Source: Felis catus (lineage: Eukaryota). From it: a stretch of 64,000 nt of DNA. The stretch spans positions 16,804,001 through 16,868,000 of the forward strand of contig NC_058368.1 in NCBI RefSeq assembly GCF_018350175.1, given 5' to 3'. Both the position numbers and the translations under genes were made by a program. Shown here in pieces: positions 23,747-36,687 of this stretch; position 1 is the stretch's first letter; every line of letters begins with the position of its first letter. A model generated the notes under the pieces. The model was not told where the DNA came from. It saw only the letters and a program-made list of their open reading frames with translations, and did not search any database.

Positions 23747-25755
23747 AAAAAACAATACAAAAATAGTGAAATATTCACTGCCTTGGATAGCACATAAGAA
23801 ACTACTGGAATCTCTCCATTTAGAGTAATAATTTCCATCACTCATTAAAAGTTTGAGACAATATAACTATAACAATGTGCTGGACCTTCATTTGCTAAAA
23901 TTCATGAATTATTCTGATTTGTATTTTATACTTCCATTTTGAAATGTATGATAGCTCCACTTTTTTTCTATAATTTACAAAATCAATACCCAAAACAATG
24001 AAATGAAATTCTTATTTTTCAAAACTAAAAAGGTATTGGCAGCTATGACTAAAATGGGGTGAGTCTAGAGACTGTGATGTTAATGAAGACTTAAGTTATG
24101 CCCATGGCAAATTTTGTCAAAATGTTAAAAAGAAGCTTATTAAGACAAAACAGATAGTTCTTTTGACAGAATATATACTACCTTTACAATGATTTTATAA
24201 AGCATTTTCACATCACAAGAACTAAATAATAGGGCCATGTCTTTAATTCTATAAATCTGATTTCATTTAATGCTTATTATTTGGAAATATTAATGGTTCC
24301 ATTTTTGTCTACATTTAAAATATCCAGACATTTCCTTTTATTTCTGTTTATATTTATAAACTACATCCTAAGAGATCCAAAGGTTAATGATTTTTTTCCA
24401 TATGAAAATGTGCAATGTATTTTTAGTGATACTTAATGCATAAACATGAAGAATTCTGCCAATAATATAGATTACACTACAGCAGATTGTACCATTATTT
24501 ATAGGACAACTGTCTGAGGATCCAAATAAACCCTTAGAACATTTGCCACCACAATAATTTGAGATATGCTGAAGTGCACAATTCTGTGCATTGATCGACT
24601 AGATAGATAATAGATAGATGATAGATAGATAAATACTTGCATTTGAGCCAACCATCTAAATGACAATGACTACAGAGATCACTAAACTGGCAGACATGAG
24701 TTGGCCTCTGTTGAGGACAGAGGATCAATGAGTTATATCGGGTGGTCTTTATTATACACATACTTTTTAGTATTAATTGATTATGAGGAGACAAAGGATA
24801 TTTCATGATATTTGACAGTGATTAAAATCTCCTAACCAATTTTCTAACTTTAAATAATGCCCTCTAATAGTGTGTGGGTACACATGAGCAAATGCATAAG
24901 ACGACTTTCTTTGCTGTTCATGTCTGAGATTGTAACTTGGTAGTTTTTCCTAAAGGATTTTACTAAGCACATGTATTTAATGGTCATATATATAATTCTA
25001 ATTCAGTTGTGACAGGTATGTTTATTGTCTATGATTTAGGGCCCTTTCAAACAGCAGTAGGTGGAAGAAAAGCAAAAACATCCAAGAAATGGGGCGGGGG
25101 ACTGTTGTTGAAGAACCGTGACTATGGTTTCCTCGCTGCAAGACTTCTCCACGGTCATTGCTGAAGGTTCTATCCTGCTTGCTGAGAGACCCCTGAGGCT
25201 GCCAAACACTGTAAATGTGCTCTCCCACTGCTTCTGGATATGTTCGTCTGGTGTACAATTGCAGGACAAGAGCCTCACGACCAACTCTGAGAAGGAACAT
25301 TTTGCAGTACGGATCTCTTGCCAAAACCGGTGGTGACATTTGATTTATCATCAACCCCAGATGCAAAGCTCTGGCCCCATTTGGTGACTGATTTGAAAAA
25401 GATAGCTGCTCTGTGACAATGTCACAAGTTGCCACTTGCAAGAGTTTGACTTTTTGGCAAAGAAGAGCAGTCAGTTGCTGTTGAATTTCCTTAACAATCT
25501 GGATGCTGTTTTGAAAACTAAAGCAATGGCTTTAACTATCAAGCCTGGGATTTGTTAATAAATTCAAAACAAAATAATGAGGGCAGTTTTATAGTTATTA
25601 ATGCAAACACCAGTCTAAATTTATGGTTACAAACTATTTCTTCTCATAGCATTTTGTTTGTGTTTGTTTTTTCGATTGATAAAATCATGTTTGTTCAATG
25701 CAAAAAATGTAAATATTTGGCAATTACAAAAATAAGGTTGTACATCATTCCTCCA

Positions 25756-25758
<3 letters not shown>

Positions 25759-25793
<35 letters not shown>
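25759..25793. repeat. (TA)n microsatellite
   Basis: About 17 TA units. Confidence 0.97.
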
Positions 25794-25796
<3 letters not shown>

Positions 25797-26083
25797 ATTT
25801 ACATATGAGTGTATGTGTTCCTATTCTTTTCAGTGGATTTGTGGATGAAATGGGTGTGTAAAATACCTAGCTATTTATCAATACATATTTTTATTGAAAA
25901 CTGTTGGTCTATACTCTCAATATAGTGTCACGTTGTCCATTTTTCATGTGATAATAATGTTTACTCATGGTATTATATTTAATTTAAAAAAACAACTCTT
26001 TTTGTTGCTGTAATAATTTTCCAAGTGATATCTACACAATACTTGATTTAACCAATCTCTGTTGTTAAACTTTTCTATTGTTT

Positions 26084-26089
26084 CCTTTT

Positions 26090-26130
<41 letters not shown>

Positions 26131-26165
26131 TTTCTTTCTTCTTTCTTTCTTTCTTTTTTTCTTTT
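26084..26165. repeat. (CTTT)n microsatellite
   Basis: Pure pyrimidine tetramer array. Confidence 0.95.
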
Positions 26166-26282
26166 GCTGTTGAGAACACTGTTTTAATACATATATTTGT
26201 ATAAACTTTCTGTACACATGTTTATTTTCCTAGGAAATTATCTTAAAGTGAAGATATTAGTATTAAAGAAAGTGAGTTGTTT

Positions 26283-26510
26283 TTTTTTTTTAATTTGTTT
26301 TTGGTTTTGTTTTTTTTAATTTTTCAGACAGAGAGAGACAGGGCATGAACAGGGGAAGGGCAGAGAGAGAGGGAGACACAGTATCCGAAGCAGGCTCCAG
26401 GCTCTGAGCTGTCGGCACAGAGCCCGATGCGGGGCTCGAACTCACGAACCGTGAGATCATGACCTGAGCTGAAGTTGGATGCTTAACCGACTGAGCCACC
26501 CAGGCGCCCC
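26283..26510 (-). mobile_element. CAN-SINE
   Basis: TSD gaaRgtgagttgttt at 26268-26282 and 26511-26525. Confidence 0.97.
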
Positions 26511-28827
26511 GAAGGTGAGTTGTTTAAAAATGTATGTGCTTTATTTATTTATTTATTTATTTTTGTATGTGCATTTTAAAATTCGTTTCCATACAGGTTG
26601 GACTAACTTTTATTTTGACCAGCAGTGAATAGCACTGCTTGTCTCACTGCCATGAGAATCATCTAATCTTAGCCAACTTGATATGTGTGAAATGGTGTCT
26701 CAGTACTATTTTAGTCAAATTCCTTTGCTTACTAATGAAGTAGCACATTTTCCACATATTGAATAATTATTGGCTTTAAAACTGATTAGCACATCTAATG
26801 TTCCACGTCCCTTTTCATTTTTATGTTGTCTTAGAAATATGTGGAAGTTCAATGTATTTACATTCATTTAGGGGTATTGGATATTTTATTTTATCCATAT
26901 AGTTTAGAGATTTGAATTTCAAATGGACAAAACAAAAATGAGAAGAATGCCTTCACAGGTTGGTATTTATGATGGTAATTTGTGAACTGAGACAGCCTAA
27001 TCCTCTGCTGTACAAATATGACCATAATTCTTTCCTGCTTTCATTTGCCCATTTAATTTCATTTGTCCAATTAGTCACTTAAACTTTCAACAGATTTTTT
27101 TTTTTTTAAGCAGAAAGCTCAATCTTTTTCGGCCAAATCCCTCTTTTGTTTAATTGTGCACAGTGCTCACTGACAATTTACATCTGCTCCAGTCATGTTT
27201 CCAACACCAAAAGGAAGCAAGAGAACCGCAATGTCTCATCGGTCCATTAGCGTTTTTTTAATCAGTTCTGGCCACAGCAAGTATTCTTGAACATTGACCC
27301 TACTTGATACAGTAGGAGGGTATACCATGGCTGGAGGTATACCATGGCTATCTTGGATTTAATGCTAAGCTGCAAGTTTTTGACTTGTATACTTCACACT
27401 CGCAAGCTTAATCACTTCCGAAAGCATCACCATATGCCAGGTAGATGGGCCTGGGGAGGGTTACACATCTGATTGCATGCTGAGTCTGGACAAGCACTCC
27501 TGAGAGTGTTTGTGGTTGATTCAGATCAGAGGGGCCTCTTTTTTGGTTGTAGGAGGGGCCAGATGTGATCCCCTAGCCTTCACCTTGAAAGGGACATCTC
27601 AACATGCCCCCAGACCTCTAGAAATTTAACTGAGGTAGAAAGACCCTGAATTTTTGTCGTATTTATTTCCCACCCTCTGATGTGCCGATTTATTACCAGT
27701 AAGTCTGGAATAGTTGCTACTTCTTACTCAGCAGGTTCAATCAGCACAATTTCTTCAATGTAATGGGCCATGTGATATCTCCCAGAAAGGAAAGGTGATC
27801 AAAATCCCTGAGAACTAAACTATGACGGAGTGCTGGAGAGTTGATATACTCCTGAGGTATGATGGTAAAGACGCATGTTGGCTGTGCCAGTTGAAAGCAA
27901 ATTGACATTGATGGTCTTTATTAGGAGGAACAGAGAAAAATTATTTGCCCAATCAATAGCTGCATACCAGACACCAGGGAACATGTTAACTCGCTCAATC
28001 AATAAAACCACAGGTGACACAGGAGCTGCAATTGGAGTCACAGATTGGCTCAGCTTGTGATCATTCGCTTCATTCTCTAGGATTCCCCTGTCTTCTGCAC
28101 AGCGGAATAGGAAAACTGAATGGAGATGCGGTAGGAATCGCACCCTGTGGCTTTCAAGTCTTTGGCGGTGGTACCAATCTCTGCACTCCTTCCAGGAATG
28201 TGGTATTGTTTTTGCTTTACTATTTTCCTGGGTAAAGGCAGTTCTGGCAGCTTCTATTTGGCCTTCCTACCTTAATACCCCTCACTGTCACATCAGGGAA
28301 CCCGTGTTACGATTTTGCAGTTGCTGTGTCTGTCTGTTCCAATTGTGAATCTTAAAACTGGACAAATAACCACAGAATGTGTTGGGAACCCACTGGGATG
28401 CACTGTACAAAGCATGTAAACTAAAACCATTGATAATCTGATCTTCATGAACCACTACTCTGATGGGGCACAACAATGTTTTACATTTCTCAGTTCTAAA
28501 CCAGTATCCGATAGTCCCCCCCGCCCCCCTCCCCGTCTCCCGCCACCAAAATCTGATTATTGACTTTTCTCCAATGCACAGTTGTTCAAAAGCTGTATGT
28601 TCCTTGGATAAAGGCTGTGAGACATATAAACAGTATAAATTTTTGATGGTGCATGAGGTCATTTCTTCAGAGGACCTAGCCTCCCCTTCATTCAAGTGAC
28701 TTTGTATCTATAAACTGGATCAAGTCTGGGAGTTGATTGAGGGCATTTGGGTCTCTGTTTTTACATTTCCAGTTAAATTTTATTCACTTGACCTAGAACT
28801 TTTTTTGCTTTTAAAGATCAAGAAAGA

Positions 28828-29044
28828 GGGGCGCCTGGGTGGCTCAGTCGGTTGAGCTTCCGACTTCGGCTCAGGTCATGATCTCACGGTTCGTGAGTTC
28901 AAGCCCCGCGTCAGGCTCTGTGCTGACAGCTCAGAGCCTGGAGCCTGCTTCGGATTCTGTGTCTCCCTCTCTCTCTGACCCTCCCCGTTCATGCTCTGTC
29001 TGTCTCTGTCTCAAAAATAAATAAACATTAAAAAAAATTTTTAA
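28828..29044 (+). mobile_element. CAN-SINE inside the ERV-L
   Basis: 15-bp TSD aaagatcaagaaaga at 28813-28827 and 29045-29059. Confidence 0.97.
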
Positions 29045-29419
29045 AAAGATCAAGAAAGAATGTAGTGGTCTTTCTATATGTTTCACTTCTAGCCAACATC
29101 ATAGGTCTCTGCTAGTCTGACTATGCTGATTGCTTCTTTGACTCCATTGTTCCTTGTAGTAACCGCACCCACCTTATCTTCAGTGTTGAATGCTGTCCCA
29201 GGATCCAATTACTCCCATTGTATTTATGTTTCTTAATTCAATGGCTGTACCTCCCACTGTAAAGTGGGACTTACAGAGAAGAATGATCACAGAGGATGCT
29301 GGACTTCCCTTGAAAACTTACATCTCAAAGTTGTGGTGAAATGTGCGCCTTCCCAAACCTCCCAGGGAAGGTGAGTTTTAAATGACATAATCACATTAAC
29401 ATACCAATCTCCCTAAACG

Positions 29420-29836
29420 TTTTTACCCCAGCTTTATTGAGATAAAGTTTACATACAACGGTGTGTAAGTTTAAAATGTACAATGCGCTGATTTGATATG
29501 CCTATATAATTCCGTATGATTACCACCACTGTATTAACCAACACCTCCATTACATCACATAACGTTTCTCTTTTTTTGTGGCGAGAACATTAAAGATTTG
29601 CTCTCTTAGCGATTTTTAAGTTGTATGGAGGTTTCTCAAAAAAGTAAAAATAAAATTACCATATGATTCAGCAATCCCACTTCCAGGTATACATCCAAAG
29701 GAAATGAAAACAGGGTACCATTGAGATACCTGCACTCTCCTGTTCATTGAATTATTATTCACAATAGCAAGATATGGAAACAACCTAAGTGTCCCTCAAC
29801 AGATGAATGAATAAAGAAGATGTGATACACTGCCCC

Positions 29837-29880
<44 letters not shown>

Positions 29881-30010
29881 GGGATAGTAGTTTGCCATAA
29901 GAAAGGACAAAATCTTGCCATTTGTGACAAGATGAATGGACCTTGAAGGCATTATGCCAAATGAGATAAGTCAAATATTGTATGATATCACTTATATCTG
30001 GTGTCTAAAA
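29420..30010 (-). mobile_element. L1MA-like 3' fragment with a 5' inversion
   Basis: 29420-29621 is the minus-strand L1 3' terminus; 29622-30010 is the plus-strand ORF2 end (cagcaatcccacttccaggtatacatccaaagg) and contains (CA)n at 29838-29878. Confidence 0.85.
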
Positions 30011-30444
30011 TATCTCTGAGCCTTTAAATCCTTTCTCCCACATTAAACCAAGGCGGGTCCGGCATTTCCAATTTGCTACCTGTGGCCCATCTTTTAGTCC
30101 AAGTTTCAGCAACCAATAAAAGCAGATAATTCATAAAGCAAATAAGTCTGATACATTTGGTACTCAAAAGAAATCTTTCTGGTTTTCACTATGAGATTCT
30201 ATGTCATAATTTTCAGATCATTTTCTTTATGTTTTGTTTTTAGAGTCTTTTTTAAAATTTGATTAACTGTGAGTAATAACACTGATGATAATAGCAACGA
30301 TTGTGACAGGAACAGCTGGCAGGTGCTACTGGGTGCCTGCTCTTTGGTACCACTTTTATTGATGCTTTTACCAGTACTTTATAAAGAATTAACCCATCAG
30401 AACTCAACAAAAGTCCCTAGAAGCAGCAGCTCTAAGTGTCTTCA

Positions 30445-30656
30445 TTTAAAAAAAAAAGTGTATTTGTTTTGAGAGAGAGTATGTGAAATTGGGGGAGGGG
30501 CAGAGAGAGAGGGAGAGGGAAAATCCCAAGCAGGTTCCCCACTGTCAGCACAGAGTCCAATGTGGGGCTCGATCTCAGATCTCGCAAACTGTGAGGTATT
30601 GGCTTGACCTGAAATCAGGAGTCGTATGCTTAACCACCTGAGCCATCCAGGCACTT
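30445..30656 (-). mobile_element. CAN-SINE (older)
   Basis: gcttaaccacctgagccatccaggcac head and AG tract. Confidence 0.92.
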
Positions 30657-31008
30657 CTGCCTTCTTTCTATCCATCTTCGTGGCACGACTGTAAGAAATC
30701 TGCTCCACGTCCTACAAGTAGTGTGGCACACCAACTGAGAAGAGCACGCAAACTCACATTGAAACCTCACAACCTTTCACAGGCACCATGTGAATATGAA
30801 TAAGGCACAGCGGTCATCACCAGTTTGCAGCAACAGCAAAAAGGCATTAGGTTTTACAAAGGTTACGTCACCATCCCACTGTCACTAAGCGGCAGAATTT
30901 GACCTGAAATTGTATCCTCTGGCTGGAGCATCCGTGTTCAACATCTCCACGTAACACTTCCTGCCTTGAGGACACAGAAGTCAGGGCGGGGCCCACATTC
31001 AACAAAGG

Positions 31009-31227
31009 CACAGGTCAGCCCACTTTCCATGAAAATGACCAGAGAGTAAATATTTTAGGCTTTGAAGATCAGTGTCTATCACAACTACTCAACTCTACCA
31101 TTGGAGCAGGAAAGCTGTCATAGACAATAAACAAACAAATGGCCACAGCTGAACTGGGATAAAACTCTATTTACAGAAATAAGCACTGGGCCAAGTTTGA
31201 CCTGGGGGTGACAGTTTGCTACCCATG
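31009..31227. mobile_element. MER58A-like hAT-Charlie MITE
   Basis: agtaaatattttaggctttg...caactactcaactct...catagacaat...ataaaactctatttaca...cagtttgctacccatg. Confidence 0.85.
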
Positions 31228-31229
31228 CT

Positions 31230-31600
31230 TCACAGCACTGAGAATTAACAAACCGCCACTGCATGCCAACAGTAGGGAAGAATCTTGTAAATATAATGTG
31301 TAAAAGGCCAGATGCGAAGGAGCACATACAGTTTAAAATCATTCATAAAAAACTCAAGAACAGGCAAAACTGACCCGTGGCTACAAAAGTGAGAAGAGTG
31401 GCTATCTTTGTGAAGAAATATGACTGAGCAGGACTAAAAGTGGGACATTTGAGATGCTATAAATATTCTATTTCTTGGTACAAGTGATGTTTACATGACT
31501 CTGTTCACTTTATGAAAAGGAATTTATCAGTTGACTCGGAATATGGGCACCTTTTGAATGTACACTTTAATATTAACTTAAAATGGAATTAATAAAAAAA
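31230..31600 (+). mobile_element. Ancient L1ME 3' end
   Basis: aaaactcaagaacaggcaaaact...agtggctatctttg...aatattctatttcttg. Confidence 0.65.
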
Positions 31601-31734
31601 AGATGTGAAGTATTAAAGGAACTCAATTATTCAGAATACCAAAGCCAAGAATATGAACCAAAATGAGAATGTAGGAAATGTTAGGGGGAAAAAAAATATA
31701 TATATATATATATACACAAAATTCTCACTGTAAA

Positions 31735-31950
31735 AATAGTAGCTAATACATTTTGAGGATTTATTAGTTCCAGGAATTATATTAAGCACCTTATAAAGAT
31801 TATCTGAGTGAACTCTGACTATAGCCCAAATGGTAGGAAATATTATTAATGGCATTTTTTTTTCCAGTTAAGGAAGTAGAAGCACAAAATGTGGAATCGT
31901 TTTCCCATCGTTACACAAATGGTTAGTAGTGGAAGGAAGTGCAAACCTCA
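31735..31950 (-). mobile_element. MIR fragment
   Basis: atagtagctaatacattttgag...aagcaccttata...acacaaatggttagtagtgga. Confidence 0.6.
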
Positions 31951-32639
31951 GTCAAGAGAAACAGGAAAAGGAAAAAGGAAGAGAAGAAGAAACTCAGCAT
32001 GATTGGAAACTTGTGAAATATGAAGACATACTTCAGTTAGGGAAATTCCAGTTGTTTTAGAAAACTAAGATTGTAGGAAAACTCTGTAAGCAGTTTTAGG
32101 GAAGAAACCATGTGTTTACAATGGGCCATTCATTTCTGGTCGTCAGTTCCTTTGGTTCGGCAAATAGCAGAGGAACCTCTATACCGCCACTGGCCCATAA
32201 GAAGGAGAAAATTATCCATAAACACGATATCCTCTAGTAAATCATGCAAGAATATCAGAGTAATCTTATTTAAGGGTTTGTCATCAGAACAAGTCCCTAA
32301 GTGTTTTACATCCCTTTTCATTCAGTCAACAGTAGGAATACAAGCTTCTGAGGCTGTACATAATAGCTTTATAACCATCTTCATACTGCCATTAAGAGAT
32401 GGGCATCACTTAATCTGACCTAATCACCACATACTTGGAAATAGTAACCTTGTTTTTAAATCCTTCCTACTTGACTTTCTTCTCCAGGTATTTGCTTATG
32501 TTTTCCATTAGCTTCGAAAGAAATCCAGCTCCTTCTACCTAAAGAGACGCTCCACACAAGTTACTTTCTATCTTGCCACATTGTTTATTTCAATACATCC
32601 ACATATCACTGTTTCTTATTACTTATTTGTTTTCCTATT

Positions 32640-32841
32640 TCTTTATCATTATTATTATTATTGTGAGAGAAAGAGAGAATGAGTAGGGCAGGAGTAGAGA
32701 GAGAGGCAGAGAATGAATCCCAAGCAGGCCCTGTACTCAGCGTGGAGCCGGATGAAGGGATCAATCCCAGGGCCCTAAGATCATGATCGGAGCTGAAATC
32801 AAGAGTGGGAAGTTCGAATGACTGAGGCACCCAGGCACCCC
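32640..32841 (-). mobile_element. CAN-SINE (older)
   Basis: gaaatcaagagtggg...gactgaggcacccaggcacccc. Confidence 0.92.
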
Positions 32842-32849
32842 TCCTGCTT

Positions 32850-33020
32850 CTTTATCATATGAAACTCTGGCTGTAATATGAGCCCAATGTAGTCACTTGT
32901 CTTGCCTTATTTACTCCTATAATGTGCTTTTCAAAGTATCAGGCAGATATATGGATTCAGGAAATCAAATGATTCTTAAATGCATGCATGCATGAATGAA
33001 TGAATGAATGAATGAATGAA
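32850..33020 (+). mobile_element. L2 3' end with a (TGAA)n tail
   Basis: Ends in atgaatgaatgaatgaatgaatgaatgaa, typical of an L2 terminus. Confidence 0.6.
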
Positions 33021-35099
33021 TACCCTGAATAGTTTAGCCATAGGTATGCTGTCTTTGCCTTTTGTCTTCTCTAAGAATCTTAAATTCCATCAATTTCTTG
33101 CTATCTTTATGGTTTGAGTCAAAAATAAAGGGATGTTTTAGAGATTATGAAGTCTTTGGCAATTAATAAAGACAAGTATTCACAGGTGGTGTTTTCAGTT
33201 ATTGTTCCCCCTGGCAATTGGAACTCTGGAAGAGAATGAAATTTATGGGAACAAAAACACTGGGTATGAAAATGGAATTTTTTAAATGTGCATTTCCAAA
33301 TTATGACTCAAGATACCAGACTGATACATTCTGTCCCTTGCCAATAAGCTATGTCATTTATATAGAAAAAGTATTATTTCAGCGATAAATGGCTTGATAA
33401 TGAGGAATTTAAACCGAATTTGTAGACAGATGGAAAAAAATACTCTGGGTAAACACATCAGTCTAGTTTCTAGGCAAGTAGCAAGTTTAACACAGGAAGT
33501 AAAAAAGAGGAGAAGCAAAGAAATTCATACAAGAGAACAATATTATCTGATATTAACTGAGTACAGATAGGCAACTTCAATTCTAGATAGAATGGATAAT
33601 ATACAAATGCAGAGTCCATCACAGCAGTGCTCACGTTGTTCTCTAGGGATCAAGAAATCTAGAAGAGTTTTGACTGGGTGCTAGAAGATGGCAAGGAGAG
33701 AACATGCAGAATTGCAAAGAAACAACCCTGTTAAGAAAGGACAAGAAAGAGAACTGAGGTCTTAGTTTAAAAAAAACATATAGACATGCAGGAAAATTAA
33801 TGCAACTAATAGTGAAATCAACCCAGAGACTATGGATGACACCGCAATAGAAAGGGAAAGAAATAGTATCGTATTAATGTTAGTTTCTTGAGTTTGCGCT
33901 GCAGTTACAAGAGAACGTACTTGTTTGGGGAAAATAGACACTGAAGTATGTAGTGGTAAAGGAGCATCATGTCTGCAGCTTACTCTGAACCGTTAAGAAA
34001 ACAAATCTGTATTTTTGCAGAGACACATACATATGGAGATAGGTTTTCTTATACTATTGCTGCAGTTTCTCGATCTCAAAATATTTTTATTTTATTATGT
34101 CAAAATAAAAAAAAAATTTAAGCAGAGCACAGAATTTAGAGAAAGAACCCTGTGTTCATATTTTAGATCATGAGTTACTAGCATTAGGATATGAACAAAT
34201 TCTTTCGCCTCCTTGAAACGCAACTACAAAATGAACTTCAGACTTATTTCTAGATTCACTGTGATAATCAAATGAAATTGTACTGTGCCTTTGTAAATTA
34301 CAAAGAATAGTGTTAACAGCATTTGTTATTATTATAATGAAAGTGTGATGGAAATTACAGTAGACCCAGAGGGAAGATAAAGTAGAATCGGGAAATTTTA
34401 ACTCCCTAGCTATCTTCTAGGATGTTTTCAGATAAAAGCAGTTTTGATTTGTGTGGTAATAGTTTAATCTCTCTAAGAATAGAAAAAATGACTAGGGGAA
34501 CCTAATTCCAAACCAAATGGAAAACAATTCTAAAAAAGTAAAAAGAAAAGATAGATAATACTTGCTAAGTTAGACACAGAAATCCCTACCATTTAATACA
34601 AGAAAGGTAAAGGATAAGCATGTACAAACTCCCTATGCATACCTTGTGAAGGCAAAACTTACAAAATACTTTAGATTTTGAAATATAGAATAATATTATG
34701 AAAAGGAGGGGTGATTGTCCATGTGTCTGCTCTAGCCCAGCCTGTACAATTTCAAATTGTCTAGATGAGGAAGAGTGATATAAAAGAATAGTGATACAAA
34801 AATCTGGCATCAGGAAAATACATTTAAGTAACAGATGTCTAAGAGTAAAAGATCTCTGATAATAGCACCTGCTACAAGCCAGGATATATGGTAGGTGCAG
34901 AACTCCGACGGTGAAGGAGGGTCTTGGCTCCCATAGACCTTGTCTCCATCTCACACACATCATCACCGGTTAGCTTCTATATATTTTTATTTCCAGATGT
35001 AATAGAGAGCTTGAAAAATTTCTCCATGTGCCAAAACCCATATACTTTTAAACCTCAAAGAATGAAACTGAATGTGTGTGTGTAAATTTCTAAAATTTC

Positions 35100-36610
35100 A
35101 TATAGGGGAATAAAATGTGAACTGTCACAAATAATCCAGTTTCATTACAGGTACATGACATAACCTCACTGACATGGGTGAGGAAGAAGACATGTTGATT
35201 TAAGTAATTTGGAAATGACTGGAAGCTATAAGACTAAAGCAAAAGGAAATGTAACAAAGTGCTTTCTTCTAATTGGTAAAGTTGTTTCTCACAAGGGTAA
35301 GGGTTTACTGTTTTGCAACCACTGTGCACATATATGGCATTGAGCAAGTGAGTAAATGGATGGTGAGTAGAGTAGACAGGTTCCCACTGTTCGTATGGGT
35401 GGATAGAGATTAGCAAGGAGAGAAGTTAAAACGAACCATGTGGGACTGGAATAGAGTTGGTGACATCAGAATAAACTCTTATTTAGTTTTAAATAGATAC
35501 TACTGGATAGATGCAAAAATACAGATTTGCAGGTATACGTGAGTTTTATGCATACATATAGTTCCTAGCACTCTCTACTCAGATAGCCTGGAAGCAATGA
35601 TGCCCCAATAGCAAGGGGTACATCAGTGCCTAGGTCTTGGTTTCCAAGAACATTCTTTGATGAAAAGAACCAGGGCTCCTTGGAGAAATGGCTGATTCTA
35701 AAACCCAGGTAAGAAATATACAAAGGAAACCTAGTAGTGTCAGAAAATAAGGAAGAGACACAGGATCTAACTGAAAGATTCCCAATGGCTGGAGCTGGAG
35801 AAAAAAGAGGAACACAACAAATGAAATATAGAATTATAACCCAGAGAATAAAATAAATATCCATGAGTCCATACTGACAAAAATAGAATGATTAAGTAAA
35901 GAAATGATGGAGAATAAACAAATCTTTTATACAGAAGAATTCCAAATAATTATGTAGATAATCCTTCACTGAGGAGGTGGAACATAACTCCCCACCTCCT
36001 AAATTTGGGCTCCATTTAGTAACTTGAATGCAAAGCATACAGTATGGAAACTTTACAGTGGAGGGACCTGATAATTAAGGTGAACCTGATCAGTGATAAG
36101 TCATGATGATACCATGTACCCTTGACATAATATCTTGAGAATAGCACTTCACCTCTGTGGTCTTTCCCCACATACCCCTCCCCTCCAAAAACCCTCATAA
36201 CCCTGTCCTCTCCAAAGGAAAAAAAAAATTAGAAAATCCCAAATTTAGGGACATTCTAACAAATTCTTGACCAGTGCTCCTCAAAGCTGTCAAAGTCATC
36301 AAAAGCAAGGATAGTCTAAAACTATTATAGCCCAGAGAAGCCTAAGGATGCATAATGACTAAATGTAGTGTAGAAACTTGGATGGGATCCTGAAACATAA
36401 AAAGGACATTAGGGAAAACTAATGAAATCTTAATAAAGTGTAGAGTGTAGTTAATAATATTGTGCCATTACTGGTTTACTAGTTATAACAAATGTACCAT
36501 AGTAATATGGAAACTGGGAAAACTCGATGCAGAGTATAAAGGAACTTTCTAGAATATCTTTGCAATTTTTTGTCAGTTCTAAAATTATTATAAAGTAAAA
36601 TATATATTTA
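35100..36610 (+). mobile_element. L1MC/MD-like 3'UTR
   Basis: agaaccagggctccttggagaaatggctgattct; ttggatgggatcctgaaac; ggaactttct...tctttgcaatttttt. Confidence 0.8.
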
Positions 36611-36687
36611 AGTACAAAAATAACACATTCAGAGCTATAGTTTAGAAAAACAGCTTATCAGATTTCACAACATGGGTTGTCTTTTTT

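Larger units (their letters stand above)
25900..26880 (-). mobile_element. Ancient L1M fragment
   Basis: T-rich, e.g. ttagccaacttgatatgtgtgaaatggtgtctcag...ctttgcttactaatgaagtagcacattttcc. Confidence 0.6.
27530..30125 (-). mobile_element. Degraded ERV-L internal region (gag-protease-RT), interrupted by a SINE and an L1
   Basis: Minus-strand translations: gag-like AETWTKRW..LEMPDPPWFNV (30040-30115), protease LSDTGLEL (DTG at 28500-28508), RT VWYAAIDWAN, IPQEYINSPAL, HYIEEIVLI (YIDD decayed to YIEE at 27751-27762) and HLAPPTTKKEA; many stops and frameshifts. Confidence 0.92.

Noticed and set aside
23258..23841. ORFs of 148, 77 and 99 aa
   Set aside because: They are made of SINE sequence and the (GGAA)n microsatellite
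27820..28695. 107-aa and 135-aa ORFs as functional or domesticated retroviral genes
   Set aside because: They only briefly follow the true pol frame, which has frameshifts, stops and a mutated YxDD motif
32110..32418. 102-aa ORF or possible C/D-box snoRNA (minus-strand TGATGA and CTGA)
   Set aside because: No homology recognised, the boxes are too close together and there is no terminal stem
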